From Pseudomonas aeruginosa (GTDB lineage: Bacteria > Pseudomonadota > Gammaproteobacteria > Pseudomonadales > Pseudomonadaceae): a stretch of 32,000 bases of DNA. The notes beneath the pieces were generated by a model. The model saw only the letters and a program-made list of their open reading frames with translations, was not told the DNA's origin and searched no databases. Below, piece by piece: positions 17,837 to 27,010 of the stretch. Each line of letters starts with the position of its first letter. Position 1 is the first letter of the stretch. Position numbers and translations under genes: made by a program. The stretch lies in NCBI RefSeq assembly GCF_001457615.1, contig NZ_LN831024.1:6030001-6062000 (forward strand). Reading direction: 5' to 3'.

Positions 17837-19114
17837 CTAGGCGTAAACCGGCCAGCGCTCGACGATCCGCCCGCCGCGCAGCGCCAGCAGGTCGCCGAAT
17901 TGCAGCAGCACCGACTCGCTCTGGGTCGGCCGCAGGAAGACCTGGTCGTCCACCTCCAGGCCCACCGAAGGCGAGCCGTTGACCATTTCCTGGTTCGAGC
18001 TGCGCCCGTAGATGCCGTTGCTGCGCAGTCCCTCGGGCGAGGCGAAGTCGGCCATCCAGTTGCCGCCGTAGATGAAGAAGGTGCCGCGCTGGTTGGGGTC
18101 CCACCAGGAAAACAGCCGGGACTTGCCGTCCAGCGCCGGGATCTGCACCGCGCCGGTGCTCTTGAGTACCGGCGTGGCGATGTAGACGGCCGGCACATGC
18201 TCGGCCAGGGACGCCAGGTCGTAGTGGCTCGGCTTGAGCATGGCGGTGCCCACCGAGACCTCGCTGCTCAGCGTTTCCTTCTCGTGCATGCGATAGCTGG
18301 GGCTGCCGGCGGTATTCAGGGTCAGCTGTGGTGTCCACAGCGCGGCGAAGCGCTGGCGGGCGAAGTCGACATGTCCCTGGTAGAGCGCCATGACCTTGGC
18401 GAACAGCTCCTCGGGCGAACCGAGGATGCCCGGCACCCCCATTCCGACGAAGGGGTCGTAGCCCATGAAACCAGCGAACTCCAGGTACTGCGGATGCGCC
18501 GCGATCAGCGCCAGCAATTCGCCCAGCGCGGCCTGGTCGGCCACTCCGCCGCGATGCAGGCCGACGTCCAGTTCGATGTTGACGCGCATCCGGGTACCCA
18601 GCCCCTGGGCCAGCGCCAGGTACTGACGCAAGCGCTGCGGCGTATCGATCAGCCATTGCAGCTGCCGCGCCGGGTCGAACGCACCCTTGTGCTCGCGGTA
18701 GAACAGTTCCGCCGAACGCACCGGCAACGGCTTGCCGAGGAGGATGTCGGCATCCGCAAAAGCGACCGCGTCGTGGTTGAGGAACGGTTGGTGGAAGGAC
18801 ATCAGCCGCCGGGTGCCGGCGCGCCTGGCGATGTACGCCAGCAGGCCGGGCGAAGGCAGCGATTTCTCCACCAGCCGCAGATGCTTGCCGCCGCGGCGGA
18901 CCGAACGCATCACCACATCGATGTTGTGGTCCAGGCGATCGAGGTCGATGAGCAGCACCGGGCACATCGGGCCATTGGCCTTGAGTTCGCGGTTCAGCGC
19001 GCGGAAATAGTCGTCGTACGGCCCGCCACGGTCGGCGGGACGCATCCAGGCGGCAGTTCCCGCCAGCAGCGCGCCGGCCCCGAGGCCGGCGAACATGAAC
19101 TTGCGTCGATTCAC
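17837..19114 (-). CDS. sphD: Tat-exported PLP enzyme of the alanine-racemase-N / D-threonine-aldolase / DSD1-like fold (SphD)
   Basis: 425-aa ORF with a GTG start at 19114, preceded by AAGGAG immediately after the sphC stop. The N-terminus MNRRKFMFAGLGAGALLAGTAAW is a twin-arginine signal. PVLLIDLDRLDHNI...LRLVEKSLPS (candidate PLP lysine) and NIELDVGLHRGG resemble the type-III PLP fold. Confidence 0.8.
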   Translation of the reverse strand: MNRRKFMFAGLGAGALLAGTAAWMRPADRGGPYDDYFRALNRELKANGPMCPVLLIDLDRLDHNIDVVMRSVRRGGKHLRLVEKSLPSPGLLAYIARRAGTRRLMSFHQPFLNHDAVAFADADILLGKPLPVRSAELFYREHKGAFDPARQLQWLIDTPQRLRQYLALAQGLGTRMRVNIELDVGLHRGGVADQAALGELLALIAAHPQYLEFAGFMGYDPFVGMGVPGILGSPEELFAKVMALYQGHVDFARQRFAALWTPQLTLNTAGSPSYRMHEKETLSSEVSVGTAMLKPSHYDLASLAEHVPAVYIATPVLKSTGAVQIPALDGKSRLFSWWDPNQRGTFFIYGGNWMADFASPEGLRSNGIYGRSSNQEMVNGSPSVGLEVDDQVFLRPTQSESVLLQFGDLLALRGGRIVERWPVYA

Positions 19115-19127
19115 GGCGTCGCTCCTT

Positions 19128-20522
19128 TCAGGTCACGCCCAGGATGGAAGAGAGGTGCGCATTGAGGAACCGCCCGCGGGGATCCAGCGCCTGGCGCACC
19201 TCGGCGAATGCCTTCCAGCGCGGATAGAGCCCCTGCAACTGGTGCGCGTTGAGGCCATGCAGCTTGCCCCAGTGCGGCCGCCCGGCGTATTTCCAGAAGA
19301 TCGGTTCCACCGCGGCGAAGAAGTTGTGGTGGTCCATGCTGTAGTGCTGATGCACGGAAATGGAACAACTGTCGCGGCCCTCGAACATGCTCAGGGGAAT
19401 GTCGTCGGCCTTCACGTAGCGGTACTCGATGGGAAACCAGGTGCGCAGGTCCTTGTCGCGGATCAGCGCGAGGATCTCCCGCAGGCAGGCGGGGCCATGC
19501 TCGGCGGGGACCGAGTACTCCATCTCGTTGAAGCGCACGTTGCGCACGTTGGCGTAGACCGCATAGGAATCGTCGACCCGCTCGTCGAAGCGGGCGAAAT
19601 GGCGCAGGCTGTTGAGCAGGGTGCGGCGGGTCTCCGGGAAGTCGCTGAGGTACTTGTCGAGACCTTCGATCAGGCCGACGAACTCGTTGCCGCCTTCCTT
19701 CGCCGGGTCCAGGGGCGGGGTCTTCGGCTCGTCGGTCTCGTTGAGGGCGATCGACAGGGCGTAGTCGGAATGGGTCACCACCAGCATCTCCCAGTGCTGG
19801 TTCTCGCGCGTATTCTTCTCCACGTCTTCCAGCAATTCCTCGGTCCGGGCGATCCACTGCCGTTCACGCAGGCGGTAGGCCGCGCGGTTCTGCAGGCGCA
19901 CCCGGGTCACGACGCCCAGCGCCCCCAGCGAGACCCGCGCGGCATCGAACACCTCCACGTTGCGCTTGGCGTCGCACTCGAGCACCTCGCCGCTCGCGGT
20001 GACCAGTTGCAGACCGCGAACCTGGGCGGAATAGGAACCGAAGCCGACCCCGGTGCCATGGGTGGAAGTAGCGATGGCGCCGGCCAGGGTCTGGTAATCG
20101 ATATCGGCCATGTTCACCAACGCCTGGCCGATATCCTTGAGCGGAGCGCCCATCTGCGACATCGGCGTACCGCCGCCGAACTCGGCCTGGAGGGTCGCGC
20201 TGTCGTGGCTGAGCAAGCCGCTGAAGTAGGCGAGCGAGAGCAGGGTGCCGTCGGTCGGGACCAACGCGCTGAACGAATGCCCGGAGCCCACCGGGCGGAT
20301 CCTGCCGGACGCCTGGCGGATGATCCGGACCAGTTCGTCGAGGTCTTTCGGTGCCTCCCGCGCCAGGGGCAGGCAGCTTTGCGCGCCGGACCAGTTGCGC
20401 CAGGGAATCAGGCGCGGTGCGCGGAGCAACTCCGCCAGCGCGGGGTTTCCCACCATGGCGGCGAACGCACCGAGCGCTCCCGCCCGTTGCAGGAGCTGGC
20501 GTCGCGACAGATGACTTGGCAT
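19128..20522 (-). CDS. sphC: Tat-exported FAD-dependent oxidase, VAO/PCMH fold with ALO-type C-terminal domain (SphC)
   Basis: The track ORF runs to 21002, but ATG 20522 has a GGGGA RBS and gives 464 aa starting MPSHLSRRQLLQRAGALGAFAAM, a Tat signal. It carries NWSG...VGSGHSFS (flavinylation-type His context) and a C-terminal GRPHWGK motif. Confidence 0.85.
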   Translation of the reverse strand: MPSHLSRRQLLQRAGALGAFAAMVGNPALAELLRAPRLIPWRNWSGAQSCLPLAREAPKDLDELVRIIRQASGRIRPVGSGHSFSALVPTDGTLLSLAYFSGLLSHDSATLQAEFGGGTPMSQMGAPLKDIGQALVNMADIDYQTLAGAIATSTHGTGVGFGSYSAQVRGLQLVTASGEVLECDAKRNVEVFDAARVSLGALGVVTRVRLQNRAAYRLRERQWIARTEELLEDVEKNTRENQHWEMLVVTHSDYALSIALNETDEPKTPPLDPAKEGGNEFVGLIEGLDKYLSDFPETRRTLLNSLRHFARFDERVDDSYAVYANVRNVRFNEMEYSVPAEHGPACLREILALIRDKDLRTWFPIEYRYVKADDIPLSMFEGRDSCSISVHQHYSMDHHNFFAAVEPIFWKYAGRPHWGKLHGLNAHQLQGLYPRWKAFAEVRQALDPRGRFLNAHLSSILGVT

Positions 20523-20533
20523 GCCGGTATCCC

Positions 20534-20923
20534 CTATCGGTCCTGCGCTGCGGACATGAAATCGATCAAAGCCCGGAACTGTTCTTCCGAGCACTGCATG
20601 CACATGCCCATGGGTGGCATGCCCTTGTAGCCGTTGATGCTGTGGTCCAGCAGGGTGTCGATGCCCTGCGCCAGGCGTGGCGCCCAGGCAGCGGCATCGC
20701 CGGTCAGCGGCGCGCCGGAGGCGGGATTGGCGTGACAGAGCTTGCAACTGGCGGAATACACCTGCGCCAACGCAGGGTCCGCAGGGACACGCTGGGAATC
20801 GGCGGCCCGCGCCGGCGGCTCCGTGGATTCTCCGCAGGCCACCAGCATCAGGCCCAGGGCAAGCAGCAACCCCGGGCGGCAAAGGCGCGAGTTGCCCGGT
20901 CCGGGGCGGAGCGTGGACGACAT
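20534..20923 (-). CDS. sphB: Lipoprotein-type mono-haem c-type cytochrome (cytochrome c5-like, SphB)
   Basis: The ORF opens at 21112, but ATG 20923 has a GAGAGAGGA RBS and gives 129 aa. It has a lipobox (LMLVACG), the haem motif CKLCH, a GMPPMG Met-ligand region and a C-terminal CMQC pair. Confidence 0.85.
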   Translation of the reverse strand: MSSTLRPGPGNSRLCRPGLLLALGLMLVACGESTEPPARAADSQRVPADPALAQVYSASCKLCHANPASGAPLTGDAAAWAPRLAQGIDTLLDHSINGYKGMPPMGMCMQCSEEQFRALIDFMSAAQDR

Positions 20924-21096
20924 GGTGTTCCTCTCTCGTTGCGCACGGCGTGCGTTCTCGTCGAACAACACTAAGGCCGCGACGCCCCGAGGATGAGGGC
21001 AATGCGGGCCAGCGACGGGGGGTTCTGCGGCCAGCCCTTTCGCACCGCGCGATGGCGGTCTAGAGTCGATGTCTGCAGCAGCGTCGAGGAGCCGGC

Positions 21097-21561
21097 ATGA
21101 GCAGCGCAGCACAGCGCCAGAACTACACCTTCTTCCATTCCCTGCGGGTTCGCTGGGCGGAGGTCGATCCGCAGGGCATCGTCTTCAACGGCAACTACCT
21201 GACCTATCTCGACGTCGCCACCACCGAGTACTACCGCCAGCTCGGCATGTCCTACCCGGCCGACCTGCTGCGCGGCGGAGGCGACCTGTTCGCGGTGAAG
21301 AGCACCCTGGAATACCGCGCCCCGGCGCATTTCGACGACTGGCTGGACATCGGCACCCGCGTGGCGCGGCTGGGGCGCAGCAGCCTGGTTTTCGAGCTGG
21401 GCATCTGGCGCGACGAGCAGTTGCTCACCGTCGGCGAGCTGGTCTACGTCTATGCGGATGCGAACGAGCGACAGAGCCAGCCCCTGCCGGACTGGCTGCG
21501 CGAGAAGATCAGGGCGTTCGAGCGACAGTCGCCAGTGGAATCAGGGACTCACGCCGAGTAG
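21097..21561 (+). CDS. 4HBT-fold acyl-CoA thioesterase (YbgC-like)
   Basis: 154-aa ORF. GAGGAG RBS is upstream. The hot-dog-fold N-terminal pattern VRWAEVDPQGIVFNGNYLTYLD includes the catalytic Asp context. Confidence 0.85.
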   Translation: MSSAAQRQNYTFFHSLRVRWAEVDPQGIVFNGNYLTYLDVATTEYYRQLGMSYPADLLRGGGDLFAVKSTLEYRAPAHFDDWLDIGTRVARLGRSSLVFELGIWRDEQLLTVGELVYVYADANERQSQPLPDWLREKIRAFERQSPVESGTHAE

Positions 21562-22140
21562 CTGGGAGAGCCGCGCGCGGTCGGCGGCATAGGTTCTTTC
21601 CGCGTCTTCGCGGGCCTTCTGGAAACGCCCGATCTCGCCCTGCAGGCGCTTTTCCTCCTGCTTGAGATCGTCCAACTGGTCCACCAGCGCCTGCGCCACC
21701 GGACGTCCGGCACGCTCCTGGTTGGCCGCCTGGCCTTGCAGGTTGGCCTGTTGCAGCTTGAGCGACTGCAGGTTGCCGCGCGCCACGCTGCTCAGCCCGT
21801 CCAGTTCCGCCAGGCGCCGTTCGCGAGCGCGGTCGACGTCCTCGAGGCTGGAATACAGGCGCAGCAGCTGCGCATCGGAGCTGGCCTGGGCTTGGGCCGC
21901 CTTGCGCTGCCGCAGTTCCTCGGCGGTCGGCGCCGGCGGTACGGTGCGGATCACCCGGCCCTGGTCGTTGAGGACCTGGTAGCCCTTGCCGATGTACTGC
22001 GGCGGCACACCCTGGCGGTCGAGCACCACCACGCCCTTGTCGTTGACGTAGCGGTACAGCTCCACCGCTCCGCCCGGCGCCGCCTGGGCGCCGAAGGAAA
22101 GCCCCTGGAGCACCAGCCCCAGGGCCATCAGGCAACGCAT
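21541..22140 (-). CDS. Secreted DUF4124-like protein with C-terminal coiled coil
   Basis: ATG 22140 gives the signal peptide MRCLMALGLVLQGLSFGAQA. An alternative upstream ATG at 22158 is also preceded by an RBS. LYRYVNDKGVVVLD resembles DUF4124. The remainder is Q/A/R/L-rich heptad-like sequence. Its 3' end overlaps the thioesterase 3' end by 21 nt. Confidence 0.7.
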   Translation of the reverse strand: MRCLMALGLVLQGLSFGAQAAPGGAVELYRYVNDKGVVVLDRQGVPPQYIGKGYQVLNDQGRVIRTVPPAPTAEELRQRKAAQAQASSDAQLLRLYSSLEDVDRARERRLAELDGLSSVARGNLQSLKLQQANLQGQAANQERAGRPVAQALVDQLDDLKQEEKRLQGEIGRFQKAREDAERTYAADRARLSQLLGVSP

Positions 22141-22178
22141 TACATCCTGTCCGACCATGCCAGTCCCTTGTGAAAGGT

Positions 22179-22820
22179 TCAGATACCGTATTGGGCGCGA
22201 TAGGCCTCTACCGCCGGCAGATGCTTCTTCAGTTCAGCATCTTCGGCAAGATATTCCAGCACCTGCTCCAGGGAAACGATGCTCACCACCGGCATGCCGA
22301 AGTCGCGCTCGACCTCCTGGATCGCCGACAGCTCGCCCTTGCCACGCTCCTGGCGGTTCAGCGCGATCAGCACGCCCGCGGCCCTGGCGCCCTGGGCGTC
22401 GATGATCTGCATCACTTCGCGGATCGCGGTGCCGGCGGTGATCACGTCGTCGATGATCAGCACCCGGCCGCTCAGCAGCGCGCCGACCAGCGTGCCGCCT
22501 TCGCCGTGGTCCTTGGCTTCCTTGCGGTTGAAGCACCAGGGCAGGTCGCGCTGGTGCTGCTCGGCGAGGGCCACCGCGGTGGTGGCGGCCAGGGGAATGC
22601 CCTTGTAGGCCGGGCCGAACAGGACGTCGAAGTCGATTCCGCTGTCGATCACCGCCTCGGCGTAGAAGCGTCCCAGGCGGGCCAGCGCCAGGCCGCTGTC
22701 GAACAGGCCGGCATTGAAGAAATAGGGGCTGGTGCGCCCGGACTTGAGGGTGAACTCACCGAAGCGCAGAACCCCGCGCTCGATGGCGAAACGAATGAAA
22801 TCGCGCTGATACGCCTGCAT
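22179..22820 (-). CDS. pyrE: Orotate phosphoribosyltransferase
   Basis: 213 aa from [36 protein letters not shown]. The PRPP-binding loop [13 protein letters not shown] is present. Confidence 0.95.
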   Translation of the reverse strand: MQAYQRDFIRFAIERGVLRFGEFTLKSGRTSPYFFNAGLFDSGLALARLGRFYAEAVIDSGIDFDVLFGPAYKGIPLAATTAVALAEQHQRDLPWCFNRKEAKDHGEGGTLVGALLSGRVLIIDDVITAGTAIREVMQIIDAQGARAAGVLIALNRQERGKGELSAIQEVERDFGMPVVSIVSLEQVLEYLAEDAELKKHLPAVEAYRAQYGI

Positions 22821-22843
22821 GAATGACACCAAGCCGCATGAAT

Positions 22844-22874
22844 TTAGCTAAACCGTTTGAGCTCGGGTATCATA
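22844..22874. promoter_or_regulatory. Candidate overlapping divergent promoters for crc (+) and pyrE (-)
   Basis: On the plus strand: TTAGCT (22844-22849), an 18-nt spacer, then TATCAT (22868-22873). On the minus strand TATGAT occupies 22874-22869, so the two -10-like hexamers are superimposed. The call rests on pattern match only. Confidence 0.3.
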
Positions 22875-22900
22875 CACGCACGTGATTTTGGGGGCCATTT

Positions 22901-23680
22901 ATGCGGATCATCAGTGTGAACGTGAATGGTATTCAGGCTGCGGCCGAGCGCGGTTTGCTCAGTTGGCTGCAAGCACAGAATGCCGACGTGATCTGCTTGC
23001 AGGACACCCGAGCCTCCGCCTTCGATCTGGATGACCCGTCCTTCCAACTGGACGGCTACTTCCTTTATGCCTGCGATGCCGAGCTACCCGAACAGGGCGG
23101 TGTCGCACTCTACAGCCGTTTGCAGCCCAAAGCTGTGATCAGCGGCTTAGGTTTCGAAACGGCCGATCGTTACGGGCGCTACCTGCAAGCCGACTTCGAC
23201 AAGGTGAGTATCGCCACCCTGCTGCTGCCTTCCGGGCAGAGCGGAGACGAGAGCTTGAACCAGAAATTCAAGTTCATGGACGACTTCACCCATTACTTGA
23301 GCAAGCAGCGTCGCAAGCGCCGCGAATACATCTACTGCGGCTCGCTGTACGTCGCCCATCAGAAGATGGATGTGAAGAACTGGCGCGAATGTCAGCAGAT
23401 GCCGGGCTTCCTCGCGCCCGAACGGGCCTGGCTGGACGAAGTGTTCGGCAACCTCGGCTATGCCGACGCCCTGCGCGAAGTCAGCCGCGAAGGCGACCAG
23501 TTCAGCTGGTGGCCGGACAGCGAACAGGCCGAGATGCTCAACCTCGGCTGGCGCTTCGACTACCAGGTGCTGACCCCCGGCCTACGCCGCTTCGTGCGCA
23601 ACGCCAAGCTGCCGCGCCAGCCGCGCTTCTCCCAGCATGCGCCGCTGATCGTCGACTACGACTGGCAGTTGAGCATCTGA
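22901..23680 (+). CDS. crc: Catabolite repression control protein Crc (EEP / exonuclease-III fold)
   Basis: 259-aa ORF MRIISVNVNGIQAAAERGLLSWLQAQNADVICLQDTRA..., with the characteristic Crc sequence and length. Confidence 0.95.
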   Translation: MRIISVNVNGIQAAAERGLLSWLQAQNADVICLQDTRASAFDLDDPSFQLDGYFLYACDAELPEQGGVALYSRLQPKAVISGLGFETADRYGRYLQADFDKVSIATLLLPSGQSGDESLNQKFKFMDDFTHYLSKQRRKRREYIYCGSLYVAHQKMDVKNWRECQQMPGFLAPERAWLDEVFGNLGYADALREVSREGDQFSWWPDSEQAEMLNLGWRFDYQVLTPGLRRFVRNAKLPRQPRFSQHAPLIVDYDWQLSI

Positions 23681-23695
23681 GCCCTGTCAGACACG

Positions 23696-23722
23696 AAAAA
23701 GCCGGCGCATGCGCCGGCTTTT
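23696..23722. terminator. Bidirectional rho-independent terminator (crc / DUF4870 gene)
   Basis: AAAAA (23696-23700), the perfect palindrome GCCGGCGCATGCGCCGGC (23701-23718), then TTTT (23719-22). It serves convergent genes on both strands. Confidence 0.8.
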
Positions 23723-23738
23723 CTATTTCCCGTGCGGC

Positions 23739-24110
23739 CTACTTGATCAGCCGCAGGCAGAACGGATAGCGATAGGCCTTGCCTTCGTTGGCCTTGATGC
23801 CGGCGATGATGGTCAACACCAGCGCCGCCAGGCAGACCAGGCCGAGCAGGAAGAAGCCGATCACCACCAGCATCAGCAGGAAGCTGACGAACATCGCCAG
23901 CGCCACGGTGATCTGGAAGTTCAGCGCTTCCTTGCCCTGGGCGTCGACGAACGGATCGCTCTCGCGCTTGAGTTGCCAGACGATCAGCGGCCCGAGCAGG
24001 CTGCCGAAGGGAAACACCAGGCCGATGAACGCCGCGAAATGGCAGAACATCGCCCATTGCCGGGCTTCCTGGCCGGGGGTCGCGGCGACCTCTTCGGATA
24101 CATCGTTCAT
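23739..24110 (-). CDS. Small membrane protein, DUF4870-like
   Basis: 123-aa ORF. GAAGGAG RBS is upstream. It has three to four hydrophobic helices, and the motif WQLKRESDPFVDAQGKEALNFQIT is typical of DUF4870. Confidence 0.8.
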   Translation of the reverse strand: MNDVSEEVAATPGQEARQWAMFCHFAAFIGLVFPFGSLLGPLIVWQLKRESDPFVDAQGKEALNFQITVALAMFVSFLLMLVVIGFFLLGLVCLAALVLTIIAGIKANEGKAYRYPFCLRLIK

Positions 24111-24130
24111 GTAGCGCTCCTTCTCCGGGG

Positions 24131-24149
24131 CCCGGCAGGCAGTGCCGGG
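24131..24149 (-). other. Intercistronic hairpin between rph and the DUF4870 gene
   Basis: CCCGGCA pairs with TGCCGGG, a 7-bp stem with a 5-nt loop. There is no U-tract. It could be a processing or attenuation structure. Confidence 0.3.
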
Positions 24150-24156
24150 CGTCTGC

Positions 24157-24876
24157 TCATTCGGCCAGCGCGGCGCGCTGAAGTTCGAACAGCTCCTGCA
24201 TGCCCTGCTGGGCCAGTTCGAGCATGGCGTTCAGCTCGGCGGGACGGAACGGCGCGCCTTCGGCGGTTCCCTGCACCTCGATGAAGCCGCCGGCATCGGT
24301 CATCACTACGTTCAGGTCGGTTTCCGCGGCGGAATCCTCCAGGTAGTCCAGGTCGAGGACCGGCACGCCCTGGTAGATGCCCACGGAAACGGCGGCGACC
24401 ATCTGCTTCAGCGGATTGCCCTTGAGCGCGCCACGCTTCTTCAGCACCGCCAGGGCGTCGATCAGCGCCACGGTGGCGCCGGTGATCGAGGCGGTGCGGG
24501 TGCCGCCGTCGGCCTGGATCACGTCGCAGTCGATGTACAGGGTGTTCTCGCCGAGCTTGCTGAGGTCCAGCGCCGCTCGCAGGGAGCGGCCGATCAGGCG
24601 CTGGATCTCCAGGGTACGACCGCCCTGCTTGCCGCGGCTGGCCTCGCGCTGGTTACGCTCGCCGGTGGAGCGCGGCAGCATGCCGTACTCGGCGGTCAGC
24701 CAACCCTGGCCCTGGCCCTTGAGGAAGCGCGGCACCCCGGACTCCGCGCTGACGGTGCAGATCACCTTGGTATCGCCGAACTCGACCAGCACCGAACCTT
24801 CTGCGTGCTTGGTGTAATGGCGGGTGATGCGGATCGGGCGCAGCTGGTCGGCGGCACGGCCACTGGGACGATTCAT
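24157..24876 (-). CDS. rph: Ribonuclease PH
   Basis: 239-aa [44 protein letters not shown]..., canonical RNase PH. Confidence 0.97.
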   Translation of the reverse strand: MNRPSGRAADQLRPIRITRHYTKHAEGSVLVEFGDTKVICTVSAESGVPRFLKGQGQGWLTAEYGMLPRSTGERNQREASRGKQGGRTLEIQRLIGRSLRAALDLSKLGENTLYIDCDVIQADGGTRTASITGATVALIDALAVLKKRGALKGNPLKQMVAAVSVGIYQGVPVLDLDYLEDSAAETDLNVVMTDAGGFIEVQGTAEGAPFRPAELNAMLELAQQGMQELFELQRAALAE

Positions 24877-24914
24877 CGTGGATATCCTGTACTGAGAAAG
24901 CGGAATTGGCCGCC

Positions 24915-24941
24915 ATTATAGAGGCCAGCCCGGGCTCTCAA
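24915..24941 (-). promoter_or_regulatory. Candidate sigma70 promoter for rph
   Basis: On the minus strand there is a perfect TATAAT (24920-24915) about 39 nt upstream of the ATG, and TTGAGA (24941-24936). The spacer is only 15 nt, which is suboptimal. Confidence 0.35.
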
Positions 24942-25056
24942 CCACCGTCGGCGTGCGGGCCCCGCCGGACGTGGGTTACAATGCCCGGCTCGAATCACGG
25001 CAGCCGCGCGCGTCCGGCGCCGAACGCACTCCCCACACGACTATCGAGGTAGACCC

Positions 25057-26590
<1,534 letters not shown>

Positions 26591-26678
26591 ATCGGCTCTT
26601 CCATAAAGATTGGCGATTTTTTAGACTATTCAGTCCGCCCGGCAAACGTCGGGCTCACTTTTCGTTACGAGGAACACC

Positions 26679-26945
26679 ATGGCCCGCGTCACCGTTGAAG
26701 ACTGCCTGGACAACGTCGATAACCGTTTCGAGCTGGTCATGCTCGCCACCAAGCGCGCCCGTCAGCTGGCTACCGGCGGCAAGGAGCCGAAAGTGGCCTG
26801 GGAAAACGACAAGCCGACCGTCGTCGCCCTGCGCGAGATCGCTTCCGGCCTGGTCGATGAGAACGTCGTCCAGCAGGAAGACATCGTCGAGGACGAACCG
26901 CTGTTCGCAGCGTTCGACGACGAGGCCAACACCGAGGCCCTGTAA
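26679..26945 (+). CDS. rpoZ: DNA-directed RNA polymerase subunit omega
   Basis: 88-aa [33 protein letters not shown]..., canonical omega. Confidence 0.97.
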
Positions 26946-27010
26946 GCCATGGCCTCGGCTCGACGTCGCCTGCGAGCGCCGCAACCCGCCTACGGGCAGG
27001 GGGTGAACCC

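Noticed and set aside
16771-20630. Long alternative ORFs over sphA, sphD and sphC (16771-18198 minus, 17529-18965 minus, 17900-19165 plus, 19095-20630 plus)
   Set aside because: They are off-frame or antisense to genes with signal peptides and enzyme motifs, and their translations are Arg/Gly/Pro/Ala-rich junk.
20938-20957. GTTGCGCACGGCGTGCGTTC upstream of sphB shares TTGCGCA with the sphA upstream region, raising the possibility of a common SphR box
   Set aside because: The shared element is only 7 bp. The sphB copy is just 15 nt from the start codon, inside the likely 5' UTR, which is an unlikely activator position. The evidence is too weak to call.
20523-21002. N-terminal extension of the sphC ORF to 624 aa, and the similar extension of the sphB ORF to 21112
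   Set aside because: The sphC extension overlaps sphB in another frame. The internal ATGs at 20522 and 20923 each have a good RBS and immediately yield Tat or lipoprotein signal peptides, which must be N-terminal to function.
22840-23400. Locally lower GC content across the crc 5' half and its upstream region, raising the possibility of horizontal acquisition
   Set aside because: crc is a conserved core Pseudomonas gene in this conserved neighbourhood. There are no flanking repeats, integrase or tRNA, so the composition dip alone does not indicate an island.
26636-26665. Short hairpin GCCCG-N8-CGGGC followed by TCACTTTTCGTT between gmk and rpoZ, a possible terminator or attenuator
   Set aside because: The stem is only 5 bp with an 8-nt loop, and gmk-rpoZ-spoT are normally co-transcribed. 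It is too weak to call as a feature.
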